Of a DNA stretch of 64,000 nt, positions 37,326 through 46,578 are shown piece by piece; within the stretch, counting starts at the first letter, position 1; each line of letters begins with the position of its first letter. The notes under the pieces are model-generated. The model had not been told where the DNA came from, did not search any database, and was given only the letters and a program-made list of their open reading frames with translations. Origin of the DNA: an uncultured bacterium (GTDB taxonomy: Bacteria > Krumholzibacteriota > Krumholzibacteriia > LZORAL124-64-63). The stretch is taken from contig CAVSGO010000006.1 in NCBI GenBank assembly GCA_963727525.1, forward strand, positions 256,001 to 320,000, in the 5' to 3' direction. A program made the translations under genes and the position numbers.

Positions 37326-39889
37326 GCGACGTGCGCTTCACACTCAACGGGGAGACGGTCGTCGACACGGGCGATCCGTCACGCAGCCTGCTGGCGTACC
37401 TGCGCGAGGAGCGCGGCCTCACCGCCGCCAAGGACGGTTGCAGCGGCGAGGGCACGTGCCGCGCGTGCACGGTGGAGATCGGCGGCCGCGCGAAGCTCGC
37501 CTGCCTCACCGCCATGCGGACCCTCGACGGACGCGAGGTGACCACCGTCGAGGGGCTCCCGGCCGCAGTGCGTGACATCATCGCCCACGCGTTCGTGCGC
37601 CATGGCGCCGTGCAGTGCGGTTTCTGCACGCCGGGCTACCTGGCCCACACGCGCGTGCTACTGGCGCAGAACCCGCGGCCATCGCGAGCCGACGTCGTGG
37701 CCGCGCTGCGTCACCACGTGTGCCGCTGCACGGGCTACCACGCCGTCGTTGATGCCGTGCTCACGGCCGCCGCGATCCTGCGCGGCGAGCAGGCGTTGGC
37801 CGCACCGGGGTCGCCCGGTGTCGGCCGCGACCTGCCCAAGTACCGGGCCCACGACCGCGCCCGCGGCGCGGTGGCCTTCGTCGACGACCTGCGCGTGCCG
37901 GGGTTGCTGCATGGCGCGCTGCGCTTCAGTGACCACCCGCGCGCCCGGATCACGCGCCTGGACACCGCCCGCGCCGCGGTCATGCCCGGCGTGGTGCGCA
38001 TTTTCACCGCCGCCGACGTGCCAGGCCAGCGTCATACCGGCCTGATCATCGCCGACTGGCCGCTCCTGGTCGCCGAGGGCGAGACCACCCGCTACATCGG
38101 CGACGCGCTGGCGCTCGTGGTGGCCGGCACCGCGGCGCGGGCGCGCGCGGCCGCGGCCGGCATCGATGTCGCCTACACCGTGCTACCGCCGCTCACGGAT
38201 CCCGAGCAGGCGCTTGCCAGCCCGATCCACGTGCACGCGGGGGGCAATCTGCTCGAGGAGAGCCACATCCAGCGTGGGGGCGATGTCGATGCCGCCCTGG
38301 CCGCGTCTACCTTCACCGCGCGCGGTACCTTCACCACGCAGCGCATCGAGCACGCCTTCCTCGAGCCCGAGGCGTGCCTGTCCGAGCCGGCGCCCGAGGG
38401 AGGCGTGGTGGTGCACTCGAGCGGCCAGGGCGTGTACGTGGATCGCACGCAGATCGCGTCGCTGCTCGACCTGCCGCGCGAGCGCGTGAGGGTGAACCAG
38501 GTATCCAGCGGTGGCGCCTTCGGCGGCAAGGAAGACCTCTCCGTGCAGGGACACGCCGCGCTTGCGGCGCACGTGCTGCAGCGGCCGGTCAAGGTGACGC
38601 TGTCGCGCGGCGAATCGATCCGCATGCACCCCAAGCGCCACCCGCTGCGCATGACCTACACTTTGGGTTGCGATGCGCGGGGGCGGCTCACCGCGCTGCG
38701 CGCCGACATCCTCGGCGACACCGGCGCCTACGCTTCCGTGGGCGGCAAGGTCCTCGAGCGCGCGGGCGGGCACGCTACCGGCGCCTACCACGTGCCGTGC
38801 GTCGACGTGGTCGCGCGCGCCGTGTACACCAACAACCTGCCTTGCGGGGCCATGCGCGGCTTCGGTGTGAACCAGGTGACGTTCGCCATGGAGAGCTGCC
38901 TTGACGACCTGTGCGCGCAGGGCGGCTTCGACCGCTGGCAGATCCGCTACGACAACGCGCTCACGGCCGGGTGCATGACGGCCACGGGGCAGGTGCTGCA
39001 CGATGGCGTCGGCGTGCGCGACACCCTTCTGGCCGTGAAGGATGCCTACGATCGCGCCGCCTGCTGCGGCCTCGCCTGCGGCATCAAGAACTGCGGCATC
39101 GGCAACGGCATGGCTGACTGGTGCGAGGTGGCCATCGACGTCGCGGCGCCCGACCGCGTGGTCGTGCGCCATGGCTGGACGGAGATGGGCCAGGGCGTGC
39201 ACACCGTGGCGCAGCAGGTCGTGGCGCAGGAGACGGGCCTCGATCCGGCGCACATCGACGTGGTCGTGTCCACGGCCGACGGCGCCGAGGCCGGCATGAC
39301 CACCTCCAGCCGCGGCACCTCCCTCGTGGGCAACGCCCTCCTGCCCGCGGCCCGCGACCTGGCGCGCGATCTCGCGGCCCACCCGCTGGCCGACCTCGTG
39401 GGGCGCACGTACCGCGGCCGCTGGAGCTTCGATCGCTCCACCGCGCCCGGAGCCCAGGGCGAGGTCGTCACGCACTACTCTTATAGCTACGCCACGCAGC
39501 TCGTGGAACTCGACGCGCAGGGCGCCATCGCCCGCGTGATCGCCGCCCACGACGCGGGGCGCATCATCAACCCGGCGCTATTCCAGGGCCAGATCCAGGG
39601 CTCCGTGCACATGGGGCTGGGCTACGCGCTGAGCGAGGCGCTGCCGCAGACCGACGGCGGCCTGCCACCGCTGCGGCTGCGTGACCTCGGGCTGCTGCCG
39701 ATGGACCGCACACCACCCATCGCGGTGATCGGTGTCGAGGTGGCCGACCCGCTCGGCCCCTACGGCGCCAAGGGCGTGGGTGAAGTGGGGCTCGTACCCA
39801 CGGCGGCGGCCGTGGCCGGTGCGCTGCGCGCGTTCGATGGTCGGCAGCGCACACGCCTGCCCCTGGACCCGGCGGAGGCGCGGTCATGA
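37322..39889 (+). CDS. xdh: Selenium-dependent-type molybdenum hydroxylase (fused 2Fe-2S + Mo subunit)
   Basis: AAKDGCSGEGTCRAC, QCGFCTPG, CRCTGY, GGAFGGKED, HPKRHP, GAMRGFG, GIKNCGIGNG, AGMTTSSRGT, GAKGVGEVG; single 855-aa chain inside the ygeWXY cluster. Confidence 0.88.
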   Translation: MSDVRFTLNGETVVDTGDPSRSLLAYLREERGLTAAKDGCSGEGTCRACTVEIGGRAKLACLTAMRTLDGREVTTVEGLPAAVRDIIAHAFVRHGAVQCGFCTPGYLAHTRVLLAQNPRPSRADVVAALRHHVCRCTGYHAVVDAVLTAAAILRGEQALAAPGSPGVGRDLPKYRAHDRARGAVAFVDDLRVPGLLHGALRFSDHPRARITRLDTARAAVMPGVVRIFTAADVPGQRHTGLIIADWPLLVAEGETTRYIGDALALVVAGTAARARAAAAGIDVAYTVLPPLTDPEQALASPIHVHAGGNLLEESHIQRGGDVDAALAASTFTARGTFTTQRIEHAFLEPEACLSEPAPEGGVVVHSSGQGVYVDRTQIASLLDLPRERVRVNQVSSGGAFGGKEDLSVQGHAALAAHVLQRPVKVTLSRGESIRMHPKRHPLRMTYTLGCDARGRLTALRADILGDTGAYASVGGKVLERAGGHATGAYHVPCVDVVARAVYTNNLPCGAMRGFGVNQVTFAMESCLDDLCAQGGFDRWQIRYDNALTAGCMTATGQVLHDGVGVRDTLLAVKDAYDRAACCGLACGIKNCGIGNGMADWCEVAIDVAAPDRVVVRHGWTEMGQGVHTVAQQVVAQETGLDPAHIDVVVSTADGAEAGMTTSSRGTSLVGNALLPAARDLARDLAAHPLADLVGRTYRGRWSFDRSTAPGAQGEVVTHYSYSYATQLVELDAQGAIARVIAAHDAGRIINPALFQGQIQGSVHMGLGYALSEALPQTDGGLPPLRLRDLGLLPMDRTPPIAVIGVEVADPLGPYGAKGVGEVGLVPTAAAVAGALRAFDGRQRTRLPLDPAEARS

Positions 39890-41160
39890 GCCTGTACCTG
39901 CGCGACGTCACCTTCTGGGATCGCCACGTCGGCACGCTGCACCGCGGCGGACTGGTGGTGGAGTCGGGTCCGGGCGGACGTTTGCGCCCCACGCACGAGC
40001 TGCCTACCGGGGACGACACGGTGCTCGACTGCGCCGGCAAGCTGGCCATGCCGGCCTTCACGTGCGCCCACCATCACGTGTACTCGGCCCTCGCCCGCGG
40101 TATGCCGGTGCCGCCACGGCCACCGCGCACCTTCGCGGAGATCCTCGAGCTGGTGTGGTGGCGGCTCGATCGCAGCCTCGACCGCGACATGGTGCGCGCC
40201 AGCGCCCAGGCGGCGGCCATCGACTGCGTGCGCTGCGGCGTCACGCGCGTGATCGACCACCACAGCTCGCCGCACGCGGTGCCGGGCGTACTGGGCACGA
40301 TCGCATCGGCCCTCGAGGAGGCGGGCATGACCCACGTGCTCTGCCTCGAGCTGAGCGACCGCGATGGTCCCGCCACCGTGGAGGCCGGCCTGGCCGAGAC
40401 CGACACCTATCTCGCGAGCGGCCGACCGGGCCTCGTGGGGCTGCACGCGTCGTTCACCGTGGACGACGACCTCCTGCGCCGCGCCGTGGACCTCGCCCGC
40501 AAGTACGACACGGGCCTGCACCTGCACGCGGCGGAGGCACCCCTCGACGAGGACCGCTGTCTCGCGGAGCACGGCGTGCGCGTGGCCACGCGCCTGGCCG
40601 AGGCCGGCGCGCTCGCGCTGCCGGGCACCCTGCTCGCACACGGGCTGCACCTCGATGCGACCGAACGGGAACTCGTGCGCGCATCCGGCGCCTGGGTGGT
40701 CCAGAATCCCGAAAGCAACCAGAACAACGGCGTCGGCACGTTTCGCTGGGACGGACTCGATCCCGACCACGTCCTGCTCGGCACCGACGGCCTGCATGGC
40801 GACATGCTGCGCAGCGCACGCGCCGCCTTCCTCGCGGGGCGTGGCGCGGGCGAGAGCGATGCCTCGCTCGCGTGGCGGGCGCTCAGCAACAACGAGCGCT
40901 ACCTCGCCCGGCATCACCCGGTCGCACTGCGGCGCAACGACGTGGTCATCCTCGACTACGCGCCGCCCACCCCGCTTCAGGCGGGCAACCTGATCGCCCA
41001 CGCGTTCTTCGGGCTGGACGCGCGCCAGGTCTGGACCGTGATCGCCGACGGTGGCATCGTGCTGCAGAATGGCGAACTCACCCTCATCGACGAGGCCGAG
41101 ATCCTGCGGGCGTGCCGCGACCAGGCGACGCGTCTGTGGGACCGGCTATCGCGGACGTAG
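39886..41160 (+). CDS. ssnA: SsnA-like metal-dependent amidohydrolase
   Basis: CAHHHVYSALARGM, EILELVWWRLD, IDHHSSP, GLHASFT, HLHAAE, NPESNQNNGVG, LGTDG. Confidence 0.88.
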   Translation: MSLYLRDVTFWDRHVGTLHRGGLVVESGPGGRLRPTHELPTGDDTVLDCAGKLAMPAFTCAHHHVYSALARGMPVPPRPPRTFAEILELVWWRLDRSLDRDMVRASAQAAAIDCVRCGVTRVIDHHSSPHAVPGVLGTIASALEEAGMTHVLCLELSDRDGPATVEAGLAETDTYLASGRPGLVGLHASFTVDDDLLRRAVDLARKYDTGLHLHAAEAPLDEDRCLAEHGVRVATRLAEAGALALPGTLLAHGLHLDATERELVRASGAWVVQNPESNQNNGVGTFRWDGLDPDHVLLGTDGLHGDMLRSARAAFLAGRGAGESDASLAWRALSNNERYLARHHPVALRRNDVVILDYAPPTPLQAGNLIAHAFFGLDARQVWTVIADGGIVLQNGELTLIDEAEILRACRDQATRLWDRLSRT

Positions 41161-41174
41161 CCAGGAGCTGTTCC

Positions 41175-42644
41175 ATGATTCCCATCATCGACACCGTCAC
41201 CGACACCGCCGTCCGCGACCGGGCCGTGCAACGCTACCGCGAGCGCGGCATCGTACTGCCCACGTTCGCCCAGATGCGCGACCCCTCGCGCGTGCCGGCG
41301 AAGATCGCGGCACGCCTGGCCCACGTCGGCCTCGTGGACCGCGACCCCCTCAACCTCTTTCGCATCACCTGGAAGAATGCCCCGCAGGACCACGGCGGCG
41401 GCTTCGGTGGCGTGAATTTCATGGAACTTCCGCCGTCACTCACCGGCGTGCCGGCGCGCATCGTTGCCCTGGTGGGCAAATGGTTCCCCACGGGCGCCCA
41501 CAAGGTGGGAGCGGCCTATGGCTGCCTGGCGCCCAAGATCATCAGCGGCGGCTTCGACCCCACGTATCACAAGGCCGTGTGGCCGTCGACGGGCAATTTC
41601 TGCCGCGGCGGCGCCTTCGACTCGTACCTCATGGATTGTACGGCCGTGGCCATCCTGCCGCAGGAGATGAGCCGAGAACGCTTCCAGTGGCTGGAGGAGA
41701 TCGGCGCGGAGGTCATCGCCACGCCCGGCTGCGAATCGAACGTCAAGGAGATCTACGACAAGTGCTGGGAGCTGAAGCGTACGCGCCCCGACGTCGTGAT
41801 CTTCAATCAGTTCTCCGAGTTCGGCAACGCGGCCTGGCATTACACGGTGACGGGCGCGGCCATCGCCGAGGTGGCGGCGCAGCTTGGCGGCACGCTGGCA
41901 GCTTACGTGTCTGCCACCGGCTCGGCCGGCACCATTGCGGCGGGCGACTACCTGCGAACGCTCGCGCCGCAGCTCCGCGTCGTGGCGAGCGAGGCTCTGC
42001 AGTGCCCGACCCTGCTGAGCAACGGCTTCGGCGGTCACCGCATCGAGGGCATCGGCGACAAGCACGTGCCCTGGATCCACAACGTCCGCAACACCGATGC
42101 CGTGGCGGCCATCGACGACGACGACTGCATGCGTCTGCTGCGCCTCTTCAACGAGCCCACCGGGCAGGCCGAGCTGGCCGCGGCCGGCGTGCCGCGCGAG
42201 ACCATCGCGAGCCTCCCGCTGCTGGGCATCTCGAGCATCGCCAATCTGCTGGCCGCCATCAAGACGGCGCGCTGGTACGAGTTCGGCAGCGACGATCTGA
42301 TCGTCACCGTGGCCACCGATTCCGTCGACCTCTACCAGACGCGCCTCGCCGAGCTGACGGCCGAGCACGGTCCGTACACGCCCGTCCAGGCCGCCCGCGA
42401 TCACGACCGTTGCCTCCTGGGCCAGCGCACCGACGCCTTCAAGGAGCTGACGTATCCCGACCGCAAGGCCATCCACAACCTGAAGTACTACACCTGGATC
42501 GAACAGCAGCAGATGGAACTGGCCGACCTGGAGGCCCTGTGGTGGGACCGCACCATCTGGCCGCGCATCTTCGATCAGCCAGCGCGCTGGGACGAGATGA
42601 TCGCCGAGTTCAACGACCTGACCGGAGTGCTCGCGCGCTTCTGA
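41175..42644 (+). CDS. Fold-type II PLP-dependent enzyme of unknown substrate
   Basis: AGGAG RBS; WFPTGAHKVGAA (PLP Lys), WPSTGNFCRGG, TGSAGT, HRIEGIGDKH. Confidence 0.88.
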   Translation: MIPIIDTVTDTAVRDRAVQRYRERGIVLPTFAQMRDPSRVPAKIAARLAHVGLVDRDPLNLFRITWKNAPQDHGGGFGGVNFMELPPSLTGVPARIVALVGKWFPTGAHKVGAAYGCLAPKIISGGFDPTYHKAVWPSTGNFCRGGAFDSYLMDCTAVAILPQEMSRERFQWLEEIGAEVIATPGCESNVKEIYDKCWELKRTRPDVVIFNQFSEFGNAAWHYTVTGAAIAEVAAQLGGTLAAYVSATGSAGTIAAGDYLRTLAPQLRVVASEALQCPTLLSNGFGGHRIEGIGDKHVPWIHNVRNTDAVAAIDDDDCMRLLRLFNEPTGQAELAAAGVPRETIASLPLLGISSIANLLAAIKTARWYEFGSDDLIVTVATDSVDLYQTRLAELTAEHGPYTPVQAARDHDRCLLGQRTDAFKELTYPDRKAIHNLKYYTWIEQQQMELADLEALWWDRTIWPRIFDQPARWDEMIAEFNDLTGVLARF

Positions 42645-42657
42645 TGGGGAGGACGGC

Positions 42658-44052
42658 GTGGATGGGTTCGTGATCACCGACACGACGCTGGTCGACGCCG
42701 ACACCATGCGCGACGCCAGCCTGCGTGTCGCCGGCGCGCGCATCGCCGAGGTGCTTCCAGCGCGTCTGCGCCGCGGTGATCTCGCGGATCTCTGTGCGCG
42801 CCACCAGCTCGCCGTCGTCGACGGCCACGACCGTTGGGTCATCCCCGGCGGTGTGGATCCGCACGTGCACTTCGCGCTGCCGGCCGGCGACACGGTGACC
42901 ATCGACGACTTCGCCTCAGGCACCCGTGCCGCCCTCGCCGGGGGCACCACCACCGTGGTCGATTTCGTCACGCCGGCTCGCGAGGAACCGTTGGTCGCGG
43001 CCACGGAGGCGCGGCTCGCGATCGCCGCCGACGCGGCCTGCGACTACCACCTCCACCTCAGCGCCACCGCCTGGCGACCGGGACTTGCCGACGAGTTGAT
43101 CGCCTGCGCCGCCCGCTTCGGCACGCGTTCGGTGAAGGTGTACCTGGCCTACCTCGACACCATCGGTCTCGCCGCTGACGTGCTCCCCGCGGTTCTGCGG
43201 GCCTGCGCATCCGCAAACCTCACCGTGCTCGTGCACGCCGAGGACGGTGCCGAGATCGCCCGCCGGCAGCGTGAGCTGCTGGTGGCGGGACAGAGCGGCG
43301 TGGCGTCGCATGCGCGCGCGCGGCCGCCGGCGACGGAGGCGCGCGCCATCGCCAGGGTTCTCGCCGCCGCAGCGACCGCAGGTTGCCGCCTCTACGTCGT
43401 GCACGTTTCCACGGGCGACGGCATCGCGGCGATCGGCAGTTCGCGCGCGGCAGGACAGGTCGTCTATGCCGAGACCTGCCCGCAGTATCTGTTGCTGGAC
43501 GAGTGCGTGTACGAAGGCCCGTTCGACGTGGCGGCTCCCTTCGTCATGAGTCCGCCGCTGCGCGGAGCGGCCGACCGTGCGGCCCTCGCGGGCGCCGTCG
43601 CCGACGGCCAGTTCGACGTCGTCGCCACCGACCACTGCGCCTTCACCCACGCGCAGAAGGCCCGCGGCCGCGACGACTTCACCCGCATCCCCGGCGGTGT
43701 GGCCGGTGTGGAGCACCGTCTCGCCCTCGCCTACACCGCCTTAGTCGCCACCAACTGCCTGGCCGCCACGGACTGGGTGCACCTGGTCAGCCGGCGGCCC
43801 GCCGAGATCTTCGGCCTCCACCCACGCAAGGGCAGCCTGGAGCCCGCCGCCGACGCCGACCTCGTGCTCTGGGATCCCTCGTTTGCCGGTACCATCCGCG
43901 CGAGCGAATCTCACAGCCGCTGCGACCACAGCATCTACGAAGGTATGGCCATCCGCGGTCGTCCCGAGCGCGTATGGTCACGAGGCGAGGAGGTCGTCAG
44001 GAACGGAAGCGTGAGCGCGACGACGGGACGTGGGCGCTACCTCGGGGCGTAG
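42658..44052 (+). CDS. hydA: Dihydropyrimidinase/hydantoinase (HydA/HyuA)
   Basis: PGGVDPHVH, GGTTTVVDF, KVYLAY, HAE, ETCPQYL, MSPPLR, TDHCAF, ADADLVLWDP. Confidence 0.93.
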   Translation: MDGFVITDTTLVDADTMRDASLRVAGARIAEVLPARLRRGDLADLCARHQLAVVDGHDRWVIPGGVDPHVHFALPAGDTVTIDDFASGTRAALAGGTTTVVDFVTPAREEPLVAATEARLAIAADAACDYHLHLSATAWRPGLADELIACAARFGTRSVKVYLAYLDTIGLAADVLPAVLRACASANLTVLVHAEDGAEIARRQRELLVAGQSGVASHARARPPATEARAIARVLAAAATAGCRLYVVHVSTGDGIAAIGSSRAAGQVVYAETCPQYLLLDECVYEGPFDVAAPFVMSPPLRGAADRAALAGAVADGQFDVVATDHCAFTHAQKARGRDDFTRIPGGVAGVEHRLALAYTALVATNCLAATDWVHLVSRRPAEIFGLHPRKGSLEPAADADLVLWDPSFAGTIRASESHSRCDHSIYEGMAIRGRPERVWSRGEEVVRNGSVSATTGRGRYLGA

Positions 44053-44067
44053 CCGGGCGTGTCTAAC

Positions 44068-45290
44068 GTGCCACGAAGAATGTTGACGGGTCCAGCGCTT
44101 GCCTGGGCCCGTCCTCATGAACACCAAAACACTCACTTCATGCCCTACGCTTCCTCCCCACTGCCCCAACCCTAACTGCAAATACCACAAGCCTCAGCCG
44201 CAACCCTGGCCCTTCGCGCTCTTCGGCACGTTCTCCCGAAAATCCCCGCCCTACACCGTCCAGCGCTACCTCTGCCTGGCCTGCGGCAGGACCTGCTCAG
44301 ACCAGACCTTCCGCACCACATACTGGCTCAAACGCGCCGATCTCCTGCCCAAGGTCCACAAGCACGCCGTCTCTGGCGCCGCCAACCGCCAGATCGCCAG
44401 GCTCCTCGACACCTCGCCGACGACCGTCGACAACCTCCTCGCCCGCCTCGGCCGACACTGCATCCTCTTCCATCGACACCTGGTGTCCCAGGCGTCACCC
44501 TTCGTGGACATCGCCATCGACGGCCTCGTCACCTTCGAGCACTCCCAGTACTTCCCCTACGAGATCGTCACGGCCGTCGATCGCCCCTCCAGCTTCATCA
44601 TCCACTTCGCCGAGGCCGAGCGACGACGCAGCGGGGCGATGACCGACGAGCAGAAATGGAAACGGTCCCTCTTTGAACAAAACTATGGCCGGCCGGACCC
44701 CAGGTCGTTGATGCGGGCGCTGCTCGAGGTGCTCTCGGTCTCGCTCGACGGCGCCACCGAGGCCCACATCTGGAGCGACAAGCACAAGACCTATCCCTAC
44801 GCGATCGCGAAGCTACGGTATTGCAAGGTGATCCACGAGACGATCGACTCCCGTCAGCCGCGGACGAGTCGCAACCCGTTGTTCGAGGTCAACTTGCTGG
44901 ACATGTTGCTGCGGCATTGTCTGAAAGACCACACGCGGGAGACGATCGCGTTCGGGAAGCGACGCCAGCATTCGATCTACCGGCTGGCGATCTTCCTGGT
45001 GTGGCGCAACACGATCAAGTTGCGTCGGGAGAAGCGGTGCTGGAGCACGCCGGCGATGCAGATCGGGATCGCCACGAAGCCTTTGACCGAGGAGGAGGTG
45101 TTGTCGCGGCGGCTGTTCGTGTCGCATATCGAGTTGCCGCCGTTGTGGGATGACTACTACTGGCGACGGGTCGAGACGCGGCCATTGAAGGTGAACCGGA
45201 GGCACAAGCTGACATACGCCGCGTAGTGAGAAAGGCGGGCCTGGCCGGGAGTACCGGGGCTCAAGGCGCCAACAACATTCTTCTTGGCAC
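44068..45290 (+). mobile_element. Insertion sequence, 1223 bp, with 18-bp terminal inverted repeats and AAC flanking direct repeat
   Basis: IRL GTGCCACGAAGAATGTTG (44068-85) versus reverse complement of IRR GTGCCAAGAAGAATGTTG (45273-90), 17/18 identical; AAC at 44065-67 and 45291-93. Confidence 0.88.
44117..45226 (+). CDS. Transposase (Zn-ribbon + HTH + DDE-like core; IS1/IS1595-like architecture)
   Basis: CPNPNC...RYLCLACGRT zinc ribbon; RQIARLL HTH; IAIDG, WSDKH-x-x-Y acidic motifs; TPAM-x-IG; enclosed by the inverted repeats. Confidence 0.82.
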   Translation: MNTKTLTSCPTLPPHCPNPNCKYHKPQPQPWPFALFGTFSRKSPPYTVQRYLCLACGRTCSDQTFRTTYWLKRADLLPKVHKHAVSGAANRQIARLLDTSPTTVDNLLARLGRHCILFHRHLVSQASPFVDIAIDGLVTFEHSQYFPYEIVTAVDRPSSFIIHFAEAERRRSGAMTDEQKWKRSLFEQNYGRPDPRSLMRALLEVLSVSLDGATEAHIWSDKHKTYPYAIAKLRYCKVIHETIDSRQPRTSRNPLFEVNLLDMLLRHCLKDHTRETIAFGKRRQHSIYRLAIFLVWRNTIKLRREKRCWSTPAMQIGIATKPLTEEEVLSRRLFVSHIELPPLWDDYYWRRVETRPLKVNRRHKLTYAA

Positions 45291-45351
45291 AACTGAAGTC
45301 ATGGTAGGATCAGGGCCCATGGGTGCGAAACGTCCACACGAGGACCTGATC

Positions 45352-46323
45352 ATGAGCGGTCTCGCTGACGGTATCGGCGGTTTCCTCGCTCGCGAGGAGC
45401 CTGGGCCGGTGTTCGCGGGCCTCGCTGCCGGCGACCTCTTCGTGGCCACCGGGCGTGGGGCCCTGCAGGTGGTGATCGAGCAGACGGGCGCCCGGGTGCT
45501 CCACCTGCCCGACTGGCACTGCGATACCCTGCGTGAACCCGCCGCGCGGCTGGGCGTCGCGATCCGCACCTATCCTGTAGACGCCGCGCTCGGTCCCACG
45601 CGTGCTCCTGACCCCGGCCCCGGCGAACTTCTCCTCGTGATCGATGCGTTCGGGCTCCATGGCGAGGCGACCTGCGCGCTGGCCGACGCGTTCGGTGCGC
45701 GCCTCGTCGTCGATCGCACCCAGGCGATGTTCGCGGACCCGCCGGCCGGGGCGTGGTCGTTCGACTCGGTGCGCAAATTCCTCGGCGTGATGGACGGCGC
45801 CCGGCTGACCGGGCCCGCCGGCTGGCAGCCGCCGATCCTGCCTCCGGGGCCCGAGCGGTCGAGCGTGCACTTGGAGCTGCGGGCCGCCGGACTGCGCGAC
45901 GAGGCCTATACCGCCTTCGCCATGCACGAGGCGAGTCTGAGCGGTCCCCCGGTCGCCGCCACTGTGGCCACGCGGGCCATGCTCGCCCGCCTTGATCCCG
46001 CGTGGATCCGGTCGCGACGGCGCGCCAACTGGCGCCGCCTCCACGCGGCACTGGCGGAGCTGGGTACGCTCGACCTGCCTGCCGAGCATCCTGGCGTGCC
46101 TTTTGCTTACCCCTTGCTGGCGTCGACCGATCCCGACCGGGAGGCGATGCTCGCCGCCCGGGTCTTCGTGCCGACACTCTGGCCCGAGCGATTGCACGAC
46201 GAGGGCCGCGTCGCGACGATTGCCCGGCGGCTGCTCCCGTTGCCCCTCGACCAGCGCTACGAAGGCGATGCCATGGCGCGCGTCATTCGCGTCGCCAGAG
46301 CCGCGCTGGAGGTGAATCGATGA
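45352..46323 (+). CDS. Divergent DegT/DnrJ-like PLP-fold protein
   Basis: IGG-F, TGRGAL, LP-x-x-x-C, VDRTQA, SVRKFLGVMDGA, RRRANW, LPLDQRY. Confidence 0.7.
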   Translation: MSGLADGIGGFLAREEPGPVFAGLAAGDLFVATGRGALQVVIEQTGARVLHLPDWHCDTLREPAARLGVAIRTYPVDAALGPTRAPDPGPGELLLVIDAFGLHGEATCALADAFGARLVVDRTQAMFADPPAGAWSFDSVRKFLGVMDGARLTGPAGWQPPILPPGPERSSVHLELRAAGLRDEAYTAFAMHEASLSGPPVAATVATRAMLARLDPAWIRSRRRANWRRLHAALAELGTLDLPAEHPGVPFAYPLLASTDPDREAMLAARVFVPTLWPERLHDEGRVATIARRLLPLPLDQRYEGDAMARVIRVARAALEVNR

Positions 46324-46578
46324 CCAAGCCGTGGCCGGGCCTCGTCCGCGCCGCCCTCGCCCTGCACACGGTCGTGGGAGTGGCGTCCCGGACGACCGGC
46401 ACCGGGCGGTCTCCGACGGGTTTGTCTCATTCTGGCGATGAGGACGGGCGTTCAGGGAAAAATCGGGAGTTGACCACTGGCTTTCAGAGGCGTGCCGACC
46501 TATCGTGGAACTGATCGCCCGTCGCACCTCGGTTCGTCGTCCCGTGCCGATCTGTGGGCTTTTCCGACCGGAGCCGTC

